This document shows, in pieces, positions 1-8,886 of a stretch of 57,452 bases of DNA. The notes under the pieces were generated by a model, which searched no databases, was not told the DNA's origin, and saw nothing but the letters and a program-made list of their open reading frames with translations. The stretch comes from Gemmatimonadota bacterium (GTDB lineage Bacteria; Gemmatimonadota; Gemmatimonadetes; Gemmatimonadales; Gemmatimonadaceae). The position numbers and the translations under genes were made by a program. Each line of letters begins with the position of its first letter. Within the stretch, counting starts at the first letter, position 1. The DNA lies in contig JAYTVE010000400.1 of NCBI GenBank assembly GCA_043744185.1, positions 1 to 57,452 on the forward strand, read 5' to 3'.

Positions 1-76
1 GACGCGCGGGATCACGATTCGCGGGGTGATCGTGCTCGAGGCGAGCTGAGGCCCGAGCGCCGCCGCGCTCCGTAGA

Positions 77-520
77 TTGCCCGACATGTGGGCCGACACC
101 TTGCTCGACGCGGAACGCGCGCACCTCCTCCGACTGGCCGTGTGGGCCACCGGATCAGTCCTTCTCGGGACCACCGGTGTAGCCACCCTGCGACTCCGCG
201 GCCGTGCTTCGGCCCTGCTCTTTCATTTTTTCCTCCAGACGGCCGCCTGGGGGGCTGTGGACCTCGCTATCGTGTGGGCTGCGCGCGCGTCACTCGCCCT
301 GCGCGACCTGTCGTCAGCCCGCCGCCTCGAACGGTTTCTCTGGCTCAACACTGGACTCGACGCGGGGTACGTCGCCGTCGGCGTGACCCTCGCCGTTGCC
401 GGGTGGACGATGGGTCGCCGACTCGGTGCCGTGGGAGCCGGCGTCGGGGTGATCGTCCAGGGACTCGCGCTTCTCTTGCTGGACCTCGTGATCGCGGACC
501 AGCTCTCGCGCATGGTGTAA
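77..520 (+). CDS. hypothetical integral membrane protein (about four hydrophobic helices)
   Basis: ORF opens right after an in-frame TAG (TTG at 77, first ATG at 86). The product is dominated by hydrophobic stretches (LRLAVWATGSVLLGTTGVA, FFLQTAAWGAVDLAIVWAA, YVAVGVTLAVAGW, GVIVQGLALLLLDLVI). No family recognised. Confidence 0.5.
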   Translation: MPDMWADTLLDAERAHLLRLAVWATGSVLLGTTGVATLRLRGRASALLFHFFLQTAAWGAVDLAIVWAARASLALRDLSSARRLERFLWLNTGLDAGYVAVGVTLAVAGWTMGRRLGAVGAGVGVIVQGLALLLLDLVIADQLSRMV

Positions 521-587
521 CGACGTACCCCGTGTGCGCGCGCCGCGCGCGCGCCATATTCCGGCGTCCACCCCGTCCCGACCTGAC

Positions 588-1211
588 ATGGCCATGCGCG
601 GCTACTCCGATCGCATCAACCACGCGCTCGCCTTCGCGGCCAAGCACCACGACCAACAGGTCCGCAAGGGCACGCGGTTGCCGTACCTCACGCATCCGGC
701 CAACGTCGCGTTGATCCTCACCCGATACGGGCAGGACGATGAGACGGTCGTCGCCGGCATCCTGCATGACGTGATCGAAGACTGCGTGCGCGACGGGTAC
801 ACGCGGGACTCGCTCGAGCAGCGCATCAGCGACAAGTTCGGCATCGACGTGCTCGAGACGGTGCTGGCCGTCACGCACCGCAAGGTGGACGACGACGGCA
901 TGGAGTTCTCGTCGGAGGAGAAGAAGACCGACTACCTCACGCGGCTCGATCGCGCTCCGGAGCGCGCGCGCTGGGTGTGCGCCGCCGACAAGATCCACAA
1001 TGGCAGCGCGATTCTCGCCGACCTGCGTCGCACGGAGTATCCAGAGCACGTGTGGAGCCGCTTCTCCGTGGGACACGAAGGCACCGTGAAGTGGTACCGG
1101 CAGGTACACGATCGCCTTGCGATGCTCGGCTTCCGCGCGGCGATCATGGATGAGCTGCGCGACGTGGCCGAGCAGCTCGAGCGCTGGACCGAACCGACGC
1201 GCACTCGCTGA
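588..1211 (+). CDS. HD-domain protein, RelA/SpoT-type (p)ppGpp-hydrolase-like small hydrolase
   Basis: Sequence YSDRINHALAFAAKHHDQQVRKGTRLPYLTHPANVALIL...VVAGILHDVIEDC is the classic HD metal-binding pattern (H...HD...D) of SpoT-like hydrolase domains. Start re-set to the ATG at 588 (MAMRGYS); the upstream part of the track ORF is Arg/Pro junk. Confidence 0.8.
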   Translation: MAMRGYSDRINHALAFAAKHHDQQVRKGTRLPYLTHPANVALILTRYGQDDETVVAGILHDVIEDCVRDGYTRDSLEQRISDKFGIDVLETVLAVTHRKVDDDGMEFSSEEKKTDYLTRLDRAPERARWVCAADKIHNGSAILADLRRTEYPEHVWSRFSVGHEGTVKWYRQVHDRLAMLGFRAAIMDELRDVAEQLERWTEPTRTR

Positions 1212-1227
1212 GCGCGCCCACCGGTGC

Positions 1228-2472
1228 CTACACGCCGACCGTCGTCGCGGCGGGGTAGGTGCGGCCGACGTAGTCCTCGAGAATGACGAGGAACTCCTCG
1301 ACGATCTTGTCGCCCTTGAGCGTCATCAGGAGCTTGCCGTCCATGTAGACGGGCGCCTTGGGCTCCTCGAACGTGCCCGGCAGCGAGATGCCGAGGTTCG
1401 CATGCTTCGACTCGCCCGGCCCGTTGACCACGCACCCCATGACGGCGACGCGCATCTCCTCGACGCCGGGATGCTTGTCACGCCACAGCGGCATCTGCTC
1501 GCGCAGGTAGCTCTGGATGTCTTCCGCCATCTTCTGGAAGTACGTCGATGTCGTGCGCCCGCAGCCCGGGCATGCCGTTACCTGCGGCGCGAACGACCGC
1601 ATGCCGAGCGACTGCAGGACCTGCTGCGCGACGTACACTTCTTCCGTGCGGTCGCCGCCGGGCTTGGGCGTGAGCGATACGCGAATCGTGTCGCCAATGC
1701 CTTCAGTGAGCAAGATGGCGAGGGCAGCCGAACTCGCCACGACCCCCTTGTTGCCCATGCCCGCTTCGGTGAGCCCGAGGTGAAGCGGATAGTCGCAGCG
1801 CGTGGCCAGTCGACGATACACATCGACGAGGTCGGGCACCAACGACACCTTGGCCGAGATCAGGATCTTCTCGTGCGCCAGCCCCGTCTCCTCGGCGAGC
1901 GTGGCGGAACGCAGCGCGCTCTCGAGCATTGCCTCGATGTACACGTCGCGCGCCGCCACCGGCTCCGCGAGCTTCGCGTTCGCGTCCATCATCGTCGTGA
2001 GCAGGTCCTGGTCGAGCGAGCCCCAGTTCACGCCGATGCGCACGGGCTTGTCGTGGTCCACGGCCACCTGCACGATCGTGCGGAAGTTGTCGTCACGATG
2101 GCGCGACCCGACGTTGCCGGGGTTGATGCGATACTTGGCCAGTGCGCGCGCCGCATCCGGATACTTCCGCAGCAGCAGATGGCCGTTGTAGTGGAAGTCC
2201 CCAACGATCGGGGCGCGCACGCCCATGTCATCGAGGCGCTGCCGAATCTCACCGACGGCGGCGGCGGCTTCGTCGTTGTTGACCGTGATGCGCACGACCT
2301 GTGAACCGGCGCGCGCCAACGCCGCCACCTGCGCGGCGGTACCGGCCGCGTCGGCGGTGTCGGTGTTCGTCATCGACTGGACGACGACCGGGTGGGAGGA
2401 CCCCACACCGACGTCGCCCACAAAAGCGGTCACGGTGGACCGGCGCTTCGAAAAGACCACGTGGCGAACCAT
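1228..2472 (-). CDS. ispG: 4-hydroxy-3-methylbut-2-en-1-yl diphosphate synthase (MEP pathway)
   Basis: Has the [15 protein letters not shown] signature, a C-terminal CPGCGRT Fe-S cysteine motif and full-length similarity pattern to GcpE/IspG. Start re-set to ATG 2472 (MVRHVVF); the 503-aa track ORF is an extension. Confidence 0.93.
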   Translation of the reverse strand: MVRHVVFSKRRSTVTAFVGDVGVGSSHPVVVQSMTNTDTADAAGTAAQVAALARAGSQVVRITVNNDEAAAAVGEIRQRLDDMGVRAPIVGDFHYNGHLLLRKYPDAARALAKYRINPGNVGSRHRDDNFRTIVQVAVDHDKPVRIGVNWGSLDQDLLTTMMDANAKLAEPVAARDVYIEAMLESALRSATLAEETGLAHEKILISAKVSLVPDLVDVYRRLATRCDYPLHLGLTEAGMGNKGVVASSAALAILLTEGIGDTIRVSLTPKPGGDRTEEVYVAQQVLQSLGMRSFAPQVTACPGCGRTTSTYFQKMAEDIQSYLREQMPLWRDKHPGVEEMRVAVMGCVVNGPGESKHANLGISLPGTFEEPKAPVYMDGKLLMTLKGDKIVEEFLVILEDYVGRTYPAATTVGV

Positions 2473-2611
2473 TCGTTTCGGGACGCCGGAAGATAGTCCG
2501 TCCCGTGGACGGTGGGATGCTCCACGGCTACCGCCCGGCGCTGCGCGCCGCCAGCTTGTCAGTCGCACCATGGGCCAGACGGCCCCCCTACCCCGACTGG
2601 AGTCGAATCCG

Positions 2612-3028
2612 ATGGCTGATGCCGCGACGGGTGCTGCCGCCCCGCCACCTCCCAGCTTCTTCCGCCGCCACTGGGGGAAGGTCACGATCGTCTCGATTCT
2701 GACGCTCGTCGTCGCCGTTCTGGCCGTCTGGACGGCCATCGCCGTGTTCTACACCTACTCGGACGGCGACCGGACGGGGTACCTGCAGAAGCTTTCCAAG
2801 AAGGGCTGGCTCTGCAAGACGTGGGAGGGCGAGCTCGCGATGTCCAACGTGCCCGGGCAGATGCCCGAGAAGTTCCTGTTCACGGTTCACGGGGACTCCC
2901 TCCCGCAGGTCATGCAAGCTCTGGACGGCAAGCGGGTGGTGATTTCGTACGCCCAGCACGTCGCCATTCCCACGACCTGCTTCGGGGACACGCCGTACTG
3001 GGCGAAGGGCGTCCGCGTTACAGAATAG
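2612..3028 (+). CDS. hypothetical membrane-anchored protein (single N-terminal TM)
   Basis: ATG at 2612 inside the longer track ORF 2225-3028. N-terminal TM segment [25 protein letters not shown] is followed by a ~100-aa soluble domain ([22 protein letters not shown]...). Divergent from ispG. No family recognised. Confidence 0.6.
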   Translation: MADAATGAAAPPPPSFFRRHWGKVTIVSILTLVVAVLAVWTAIAVFYTYSDGDRTGYLQKLSKKGWLCKTWEGELAMSNVPGQMPEKFLFTVHGDSLPQVMQALDGKRVVISYAQHVAIPTTCFGDTPYWAKGVRVTE

Positions 3029-3122
3029 CCCGCTCCGTTAACGGTTGGCTGCGTTCGCGCGTCCGATCCGGTACTTCCGGGGTATCATCTGACGTCGTCC
3101 GCCAGACTTGAGGTTGTCTGCC

Positions 3123-3614
3123 ATGCGCTTCCCGTCTTCATTCATCGCTGCGTTGGCGATCATGTTGGCTGCGGCTTCCCTGCCCGCCCAGGAGAGCGCC
3201 GGTCACGGTCGTTTCGGGCGTAGCGGGGAGCGCGGTTCAGGTGGCGGGCGCGGCGCCGGCGTCGAGTCCACGCGCGCGCGCCGAGGGCGAATCCAGGACC
3301 GGGCCGAAGGGCGTGCTCCGGGCGATCGTGGCCCGGGCGAGGATCGGGGCAACGCCAGCGAGCGGCGCCGCGAACGCGACGCGGCAATGGCCCCGGAAGA
3401 CCGGGCGATGCTTGCCGACCGCATGCGCGGCCGTGTTGGAGGTTTGCGTGGGGCGCCGACGCCGGACCAGCAGGCGTTCGTGCAGGCGCTCCGCGACAAG
3501 CGTCGTGATCTGCGCGCCGCAGTGGCTGCAGGCACGCTCGACCGTCATGCCGCCGCCGAAGAGTTGCGCGCGTGGCTGCGATCGAATCCACCCGTGGGCG
3601 CATCGAACCCCTGA
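3123..3614 (+). CDS. secreted Arg/Gly/Asp-rich hypothetical protein
   Basis: ATG 3123 gives a clean signal peptide, MRFPSSFIAALAIMLAAASLPAQ. The mature part is charged and helical (QQAFVQALRDKRRDLRAAVAAG), vaguely like a Spy/CpxP periplasmic chaperone, but I cannot confirm this. Confidence 0.5.
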   Translation: MRFPSSFIAALAIMLAAASLPAQESAGHGRFGRSGERGSGGGRGAGVESTRARRGRIQDRAEGRAPGDRGPGEDRGNASERRRERDAAMAPEDRAMLADRMRGRVGGLRGAPTPDQQAFVQALRDKRRDLRAAVAAGTLDRHAAAEELRAWLRSNPPVGASNP

Positions 3615-3655
3615 CGACGGAGACGGCCATTCGTCGAGTCTGTACCCACCCCCGG

Positions 3656-4990
3656 TTGATCGCGCGTGCGGCCAGTCGCCTGTGCGCGCTCGTCGCGTGC
3701 CTGCTCGTGACCGCATCCGCAGCCAACGCCCAAGGCCAGACCGACACGCTCGCCCGCCGGGATTCTTCCGCGATGCGCGCGCGTGCACTCTCTGATTCCG
3801 CTGCGCGCATTCGGGCGATTGCCGACTCGATTCTCCTCGAGGACGAGCCCGACGACGAACTCGTGCTCGACGCACCGCCCGCGACGCGACAGTCGATCAC
3901 GATGCAGTCGCTCAACCGTGCCTACACCATCGGCAACAACCAGATCGCCGAGAACGTCGGACTCGTGTCGTACCGGTGGAGCGGACCCGAGTGGAAGCTG
4001 TTCGTGAGTGGATCACCGCTGCGCTACTCGGGCAGCAACACGACGATCACCGGCATGCCGCCCGTGACGGGTCGCATCGATTGGAGCTTCGCCAAGGGCG
4101 ACACGCTGCGCGTCTACGGCCGCAGCAGCAGCGTGCCCTCCGCCCTCGACTCGATGCAGGCCGCTGCCATCGGCGCCGTGAGCGTCTCGACCATCGACCT
4201 CGAGAGCTTCTCCCTCGGCACGCCCGCGATGTTCGGTACACGCGCCGCGTTCACGTTCGAGCTCGGTGAGCTGTCCCTCGGTCTCCACGGTGGGCTCGAG
4301 TACCAGCCGAAGCCCAGCGGTGCCTCCAGAGTGTACTGGACCGGCACGACGCTGCTCGGCGGCGCCTCCCTGTCGGGACTCTTGAGCGACGTGCGGTGGA
4401 CCGGCGCGTTCGACCTCAGCCAATCGAGTGCGGATTCCTTGCTGGTGCCAGGGGACTCCGTGGGCCGCAACTTGTTTCAAGGTGGCGGGTCGTTCAACGC
4501 GAGCCTCCAGTTCGACGGTCCGCTCACGGCTGACGGTGACGCGAGTGGCGTCCTCGGCCTCTGGTATCAGCGTCCGTTCGGGAATGATCGCCCGGACCAG
4601 CCGAACCGGTTGCTACCCGCGGGCGATACGTACGGGGCGTTTGTGTCGCTTGACCTGCCCATCCAGAGCCTCACGTTCTCTCCCAGTGTTTCGATCGCGC
4701 GCGAGTCAGCATCGGACGACGCACGCGTGACGCGGTTGCTCCGCTATCAGTATGATGCCGCGAGCTGGGCCGCGAACGTGGGCGCGGCGCTCACGATTCC
4801 GCTTGGCAGACACGTTGATCTGACGCCCGAGTTTGGCGCGACCTTCGGGGGCGCGTCAGCGCGATTCACAGCGACGTCGGCGGGATCGGGGAGCGGCAGC
4901 GGTCGTCGGCCGGGTCGGACCTCAACGACAGACCTGAGCGCCGGCATTCGTGGCTGGTGGGCAGGGCTGGAGATGACAATCAGCTTCTGA
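3656..4990 (+). CDS. putative outer-membrane beta-barrel protein
   Basis: In-frame TTG at 3656 gives the signal peptide (M)IARAASRLCALVACLLVTASAANA/Q. The body is Ser/Gly/Thr/Ala-rich with alternating hydrophobic residues. It ends in the aromatic residue typical of OMPs (GLEMTISF). The track start at 3572 overlaps the preceding gene. Confidence 0.6.
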   Translation: MIARAASRLCALVACLLVTASAANAQGQTDTLARRDSSAMRARALSDSAARIRAIADSILLEDEPDDELVLDAPPATRQSITMQSLNRAYTIGNNQIAENVGLVSYRWSGPEWKLFVSGSPLRYSGSNTTITGMPPVTGRIDWSFAKGDTLRVYGRSSSVPSALDSMQAAAIGAVSVSTIDLESFSLGTPAMFGTRAAFTFELGELSLGLHGGLEYQPKPSGASRVYWTGTTLLGGASLSGLLSDVRWTGAFDLSQSSADSLLVPGDSVGRNLFQGGGSFNASLQFDGPLTADGDASGVLGLWYQRPFGNDRPDQPNRLLPAGDTYGAFVSLDLPIQSLTFSPSVSIARESASDDARVTRLLRYQYDAASWAANVGAALTIPLGRHVDLTPEFGATFGGASARFTATSAGSGSGSGRRPGRTSTTDLSAGIRGWWAGLEMTISF

Positions 4991-5044
4991 CGCCCGCGTT
5001 GGCCTGTCAGCCGCGCCCGACGCCCGTGGACGCAAGCCCCGGTA

Positions 5045-5073
5045 TTGTCGAATGTTTGTCGTCTTACTATACT
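5045..5073 (+). promoter_or_regulatory. sigma70-like promoter of cspA paralog 1 (TTGTCG-N17-TATACT)
   Basis: TTGTCG at 5045-5050, exactly 17 nt of spacer, then TATACT at 5068-5073. This would give a ~145-nt 5' UTR ahead of ATG 5223, consistent with the long leaders of cold-shock genes. Confidence 0.45.
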
Positions 5074-5222
5074 CGTGACGTGGTACCTCGGCAAAGTCGC
5101 CGATGTCGCACGAAAGCGTGCGGGCCCGGCGCGGCGGGCCCCGAGAGTTCCGCGCAGTCACAGGTATTGTTGCAGGGTCCGGCGCGTGCTGCTCCCTGAA
5201 CAATCGTATCAGAGGAGTTGGC

Positions 5223-5438
5223 ATGCGTACGACCGGCAAGGTGAAGTGGTTCAACGATGCGAAGGGGTTTGGCTTCATTACCCCCGACAACGGGACCAAG
5301 GACTGCTTCGTGCACTACAGCGCGATTCAGGGCTCGGGCTTCAAGACGCTCGCCGAAGGCGAAGCGGTCGAGTTCGACATCGTGCAGGGCCAGAAGGGCC
5401 CGGCCGCTGAGAACGTGACGAAGGCCGGCGCGCAGTAA
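5223..5438 (+). CDS. cspA: cold-shock protein (CspA family)
   Basis: [14 protein letters not shown] (RNP1) and CFVHYSAI (RNP2) motifs. 71 aa. GAGGAG Shine-Dalgarno 7 nt upstream. Start re-set from the track ORF at 5103. Confidence 0.95.
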   Translation: MRTTGKVKWFNDAKGFGFITPDNGTKDCFVHYSAIQGSGFKTLAEGEAVEFDIVQGQKGPAAENVTKAGAQ

Positions 5439-5468
5439 GCGAGCCAGATCCCGTTCCTGTTTTGCACG

Positions 5469-5504
5469 ACGGGGTGCCTCGCAAGAGGCACCCCGTTTGC
5501 GTTG
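5469..5504 (+). terminator. Rho-independent terminator after cspA
   Basis: Perfect 12-bp stem ACGGGGTGCCTC / GAGGCACCCCGT with a GCAA loop, followed by TTTGCGTT. Confidence 0.75.
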
Positions 5505-5532
5505 TCCTCACCGCCCAACCCGTCGCCTCGTC

Positions 5533-6831
5533 ATGAGCACCCCTCCCCATCGCGTGATCATCGTCGGCGGTGGCATTGCCGGCTTGGTCGCGGCCACCGA
5601 ACTCGAGCGCCGCGGTCGTCCGGTGCTGATGCTCGAGCGTGAGAGCGATCTGGGTGGCCGCGTCCGGACGCGCCGGGTCGGGGACTTTCGCATTGATCGT
5701 GGGTTTCAGGTGTTGTTCACGGCGTATCCGGTGCTCACCAGCTATCTCGATCTCGGAGCACTCGACCTGCGCCTGTTCGAGCCGGCCGCGAGGATTGCCC
5801 GGCCGAGCGGCACGAGCGTGATCGGCGATGCGCTCCGCCAGCCATCGCTCCTGTTCGAAACGGTGCTCTCGGCACACATCCCGGTCGGTGACGTCTGGCG
5901 CTTGCTGCGACTTCGGCGCCTTGCCACGCGGCTCTCGGAGTCCGCTTGCTACAGCGCCACATATGCGGATCGCTCCACGCGGGACTTCCTGAAGTCGTGG
6001 GGCTTCACGCCGCAGACAATCGATCGCTTCTTCGCCCCGTTCTATGGCGGCATCCTGCTCGACCGCTCACTTGAGACGAGCGCTTCGGTCTTGATGTACA
6101 CGTTCGGCATGCTGGCGCGCGGTGCCACTGCGGTACCGGCGCGGGGCATGGGGGCGATCGCCGAGCAAATGCGAACCCGCCTGCGTTTCGTGGAGGTACG
6201 CACGCACGCCGCGGCCGCCTCGATCCTCGTCGAAGATGGACGGGCTGCCGGAGTCGTGCTCGCCGACGGCTCCGTGGAGCGAGGGACGGACGTGCTGCTG
6301 TGCGCGGAAGCGCCCGCGACGGCAACCCTCGCGGCGACGGCAGGCGTCGAGATAGCGCACCTGCCCAGTCGCTCACTCGGATGTACCACCGTCTATCTCG
6401 CCGCGAACACGCCGTTGCTTCCTGGTCGCGCGCTCACGCTGAACGCGGCCGAACACCCGGTCATCAGTCACGCGATCACGATCAGCGATGTCGCGCCCGA
6501 GTACGCACCACCCGGGCAGCACCTGATTGCGATGACGGCGATTGGCGAGTCGGCTGCCCTCGGTGATCAGGCCATTGAACGTGCCGCAATCAGCGAACTG
6601 GCAATGATGCGGCGTGCCAGCGTCACCGCGGCAGTGCGCGTGGTCGCGATCGAGCGGGTCCCGTACAGTCAATTCGCTCAACCGCCGGGCGCGTCAACCC
6701 ATCGGCCAACGGCGGCGACTTCGATGGGCGGACTGTGGTACGGCGGCGAAGGGCTGCACTCGAGCTCTCTTGATGGTGCCGCCCGCGGTGGGCAGATGTC
6801 GGCAGCGGCGATCGCTGCCTCTATTACGTGA
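5533..6831 (+). CDS. NAD(P)/FAD-dependent oxidoreductase (amine-oxidase / desaturase-like fold)
   Basis: N-terminal dinucleotide-binding motif HRVIIVGGGIAGLVAATELERRGRPVLMLERESDLGGR. Size and layout match flavin amine-oxidase/phytoene-desaturase-like proteins. Substrate unknown. Confidence 0.8.
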   Translation: MSTPPHRVIIVGGGIAGLVAATELERRGRPVLMLERESDLGGRVRTRRVGDFRIDRGFQVLFTAYPVLTSYLDLGALDLRLFEPAARIARPSGTSVIGDALRQPSLLFETVLSAHIPVGDVWRLLRLRRLATRLSESACYSATYADRSTRDFLKSWGFTPQTIDRFFAPFYGGILLDRSLETSASVLMYTFGMLARGATAVPARGMGAIAEQMRTRLRFVEVRTHAAAASILVEDGRAAGVVLADGSVERGTDVLLCAEAPATATLAATAGVEIAHLPSRSLGCTTVYLAANTPLLPGRALTLNAAEHPVISHAITISDVAPEYAPPGQHLIAMTAIGESAALGDQAIERAAISELAMMRRASVTAAVRVVAIERVPYSQFAQPPGASTHRPTAATSMGGLWYGGEGLHSSSLDGAARGGQMSAAAIAASIT

Positions 6832-6854
6832 TACTTTTCACGCCAGTATAAATG

Positions 6855-6875
6855 CACTGTAAAGTCACTACAGTG
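6855..6875. terminator. AT-rich hairpin between convergent genes
   Basis: CACTGTA-aagtcac-TACAGTG, a 7-bp perfect stem in the low-GC spacer 6832-6880. It overlaps the TAG stop (6868-6870) of the minus-strand ORF. Confidence 0.4.
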
Positions 6876-7269
6876 ACACAATCGCCAGAACGCGACGCGC
6901 TGGCGGTCTTCCACGCCTCACCTCGGTTGCGCGCGAAACAGCAGCGTCCAACGCCGCCCGAATGCGACGCCTCGCGTCGACAACATCGAGACTGAGTGAC
7001 AGCATTCCCGCACCCAAGCGAATCGAAGCTCCGTTGGAGCGGATCAGCTGGTGCGCAAGAGTTACGGCGGCCTCGCTCGTGACTCCGACGTCCGCAATCA
7101 GCGAATGCGCGACGGCCAGGCAGACGACCGCGTCCGCGCTCAGTCTTCGCCGGAACCCCTGTCGGCCTCGAACAACTCCGGCAACAGGGAAGCGCGTCAG
7201 GAGCGACGAGATCCACGCCTCAGGAACATCGATGGCAACGGAAGCAATCCGCGTATCGTAGCGTGCCAT
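6868..7269 (-). CDS. hypothetical 133-aa protein with atypical (low GC3) codon usage
   Basis: ATG at 7269 lies next to a 60-bp AT-rich promoter-like island. The ORF uses many T/A-ending codons (gat, att, gtt, gga, cgt, tca), unlike its neighbours. No family recognised. Confidence 0.5.
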   Translation of the reverse strand: MARYDTRIASVAIDVPEAWISSLLTRFPVAGVVRGRQGFRRRLSADAVVCLAVAHSLIADVGVTSEAAVTLAHQLIRSNGASIRLGAGMLSLSLDVVDARRRIRAALDAAVSRATEVRRGRPPARRVLAIVSL

Positions 7270-7301
7270 TTAATTATCGAATGAACGTTTGATAATTATA
7301 T
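7268..7301. promoter_or_regulatory. 11-bp imperfect inverted repeat (ATTTAATTATC-N12-GATAATTATAT) over the start codon of ORF 6868-7269
   Basis: Arms match 10/11. It lies in the most AT-rich stretch of the window and overlaps ATG 7269-7267 and a TATAAT hexamer on the minus strand. Confidence 0.4.
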
Positions 7302-7365
7302 TCATCTGGTACTCGTGAACGCAACACGTTGCAGGTTGTGGTCTTGTACAAAATGCCATACACGG

Positions 7366-7405
7366 AAAGCACAAAGGGCGTGACCGACAGGAGTCGTTCG
7401 CGCCC
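7366..7405 (-). terminator. Rho-independent terminator after argH
   Basis: On the minus strand: GGGCGCGAACGAC-tcct-GTCGGTCACGCCC (11 of 13 positions paired), followed by TTTGTGCTTTC. Sits 24 nt after the argH TAG. Confidence 0.6.
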
Positions 7406-7428
7406 TCTGGCCAATGCTCTTGCAGCCT

Positions 7429-8886
7429 CTAGTCCGTGATCGACAACTCATTCCCGCGCGGGATTTCCTGCTGCGATGCGATCGCGGCACGCGCGGAAGC
7501 AACTTGCGCCTTGACGGACGAAAAGGCAGTGCCGCCGACGACCGCTCGGCGCGCCACCGAGGCCTCGGGGGAAAGCGCGGCATGCACTGTCGCCGGGGTA
7601 AAGAGCGGGTGTGCCGCCGCCATCACGTCGGACGAGAGGGCGCCGAGATCGACGCCCTGCTCCTCGGCCTCGCGGACAAGGCGACCGACCGCGGCATGCG
7701 CGTCGCGGAATGCGATCCGCTGATCGACCAGCCAGTCGGCGAGATCGGTGGCCATCATCGTGCTCGATAGCGCCGCGCGCATCCGGGCGGCGTCGAACCG
7801 AAGCTCTTCCACGGCGCCGCTCACTGCCGGCAGGATCAACTGCATGACGTCGACCGCGTCGAACAGTGCGCGCTTGTCGTCCTGCAGGTCCTTGTTGTAG
7901 CCACTCGGCAATCCCTTGAGCGTCACGAGCAGCGCCGTGAGGTCGCCGAGTATGCGGGCCGGGCCCCCTCGCGCGATCTCGAGCACGTCCGGATTCCGCT
8001 TCTGGGGCATCATACTCGAGCCGGTCGAGTAGCGATCACCGAACTTCAGGAACCCGAACTCGCTCGTCCCGTAGAGGATCAGGTCTTCGGCCAAGCGCGA
8101 GACATGCACCCCGAGCAACGTCAGCGCATAGAGCAGGTCGGCAATGAAGTCACGATCGCCGACGGCATCCATGCTGTTGGGCGCCACGTGGGCAAACCCC
8201 AGGCTCTCCTTGAGCAAAACGCGCGAGACTGGGAAGGCGGACCCTGCAATCGCGCCGCTCCCGAGCGGGAGCGAGGACGCATTGCGTCCTGCTTGCGCGA
8301 TGCGCGAGCGATCGCGCTCGAGCGGCCAGAAGTGCGAGAGCATCCAGTGCGCGGCGGCGACGGGCTGCGCGCGCTGCAGGTGAGTGAACGCCGGCATCAA
8401 CACGCCGTCGCTCTCGAGAGACGTCGCATGCTGCAGCAGCACGCCTTCGAGCCCACGCACCGATTCGTCCAGCTTCAGGCACGCATCCATCACCCACAGC
8501 CGCGTGGCCGTGGCCACCTGGTCGTTGCGGCTGCGTCCGGTGTGCAGCTTCCCGGCGACATCGCCGACCTCCTCATGCAAGAGGCGGTCGATCATGGTGT
8601 GGATGTCCTCGTCCGTAGGCTCGGGAACGGCACCCGCTCCGAGACGGGCTGCCACCGCACCAAGGCCACGTTCGAGCGACACGCTCTCCTCCATGGCGAG
8701 CACCCCCGCGTTCCATAAGGCGAGCGCCCACGCCTTTGACAGCTGGATGTCGAAGGGCCACAGCCGGAAGTCGGTACCGATCGACCGGTTGAGGGCATCA
8801 AGTTCGGGCGCACTCGTGCCGCCGAATCGTCCGCCCCACAACCGATGGTTCTTGCCTTGGGCCGCCGGCGGAATCGTCACAGTCAC
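7429..8886 (-). CDS. argH: argininosuccinate lyase
   Basis: N-terminal HRLWGGRF and the fumarate-lyase signature GSSMMPQKRNPD. GTG start at 8886 overlaps the argG TGA (GTGA). The 652-aa track ORF is a false extension running through argG. Confidence 0.93.
   Translation of the reverse strand: MTVTIPPAAQGKNHRLWGGRFGGTSAPELDALNRSIGTDFRLWPFDIQLSKAWALALWNAGVLAMEESVSLERGLGAVAARLGAGAVPEPTDEDIHTMIDRLLHEEVGDVAGKLHTGRSRNDQVATATRLWVMDACLKLDESVRGLEGVLLQHATSLESDGVLMPAFTHLQRAQPVAAAHWMLSHFWPLERDRSRIAQAGRNASSLPLGSGAIAGSAFPVSRVLLKESLGFAHVAPNSMDAVGDRDFIADLLYALTLLGVHVSRLAEDLILYGTSEFGFLKFGDRYSTGSSMMPQKRNPDVLEIARGGPARILGDLTALLVTLKGLPSGYNKDLQDDKRALFDAVDVMQLILPAVSGAVEELRFDAARMRAALSSTMMATDLADWLVDQRIAFRDAHAAVGRLVREAEEQGVDLGALSSDVMAAAHPLFTPATVHAALSPEASVARRAVVGGTAFSSVKAQVASARAAIASQQEIPRGNELSITD

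Noticed and set aside
2596-2612. tRNA T-arm-like string GGAGTCGAATCC in the ispG divergent spacer.
   Set aside because: The flanking bases cannot form the 5-bp T stem, and no acceptor, D or anticodon arms can be drawn in 2473-2611. It is not a tRNA.
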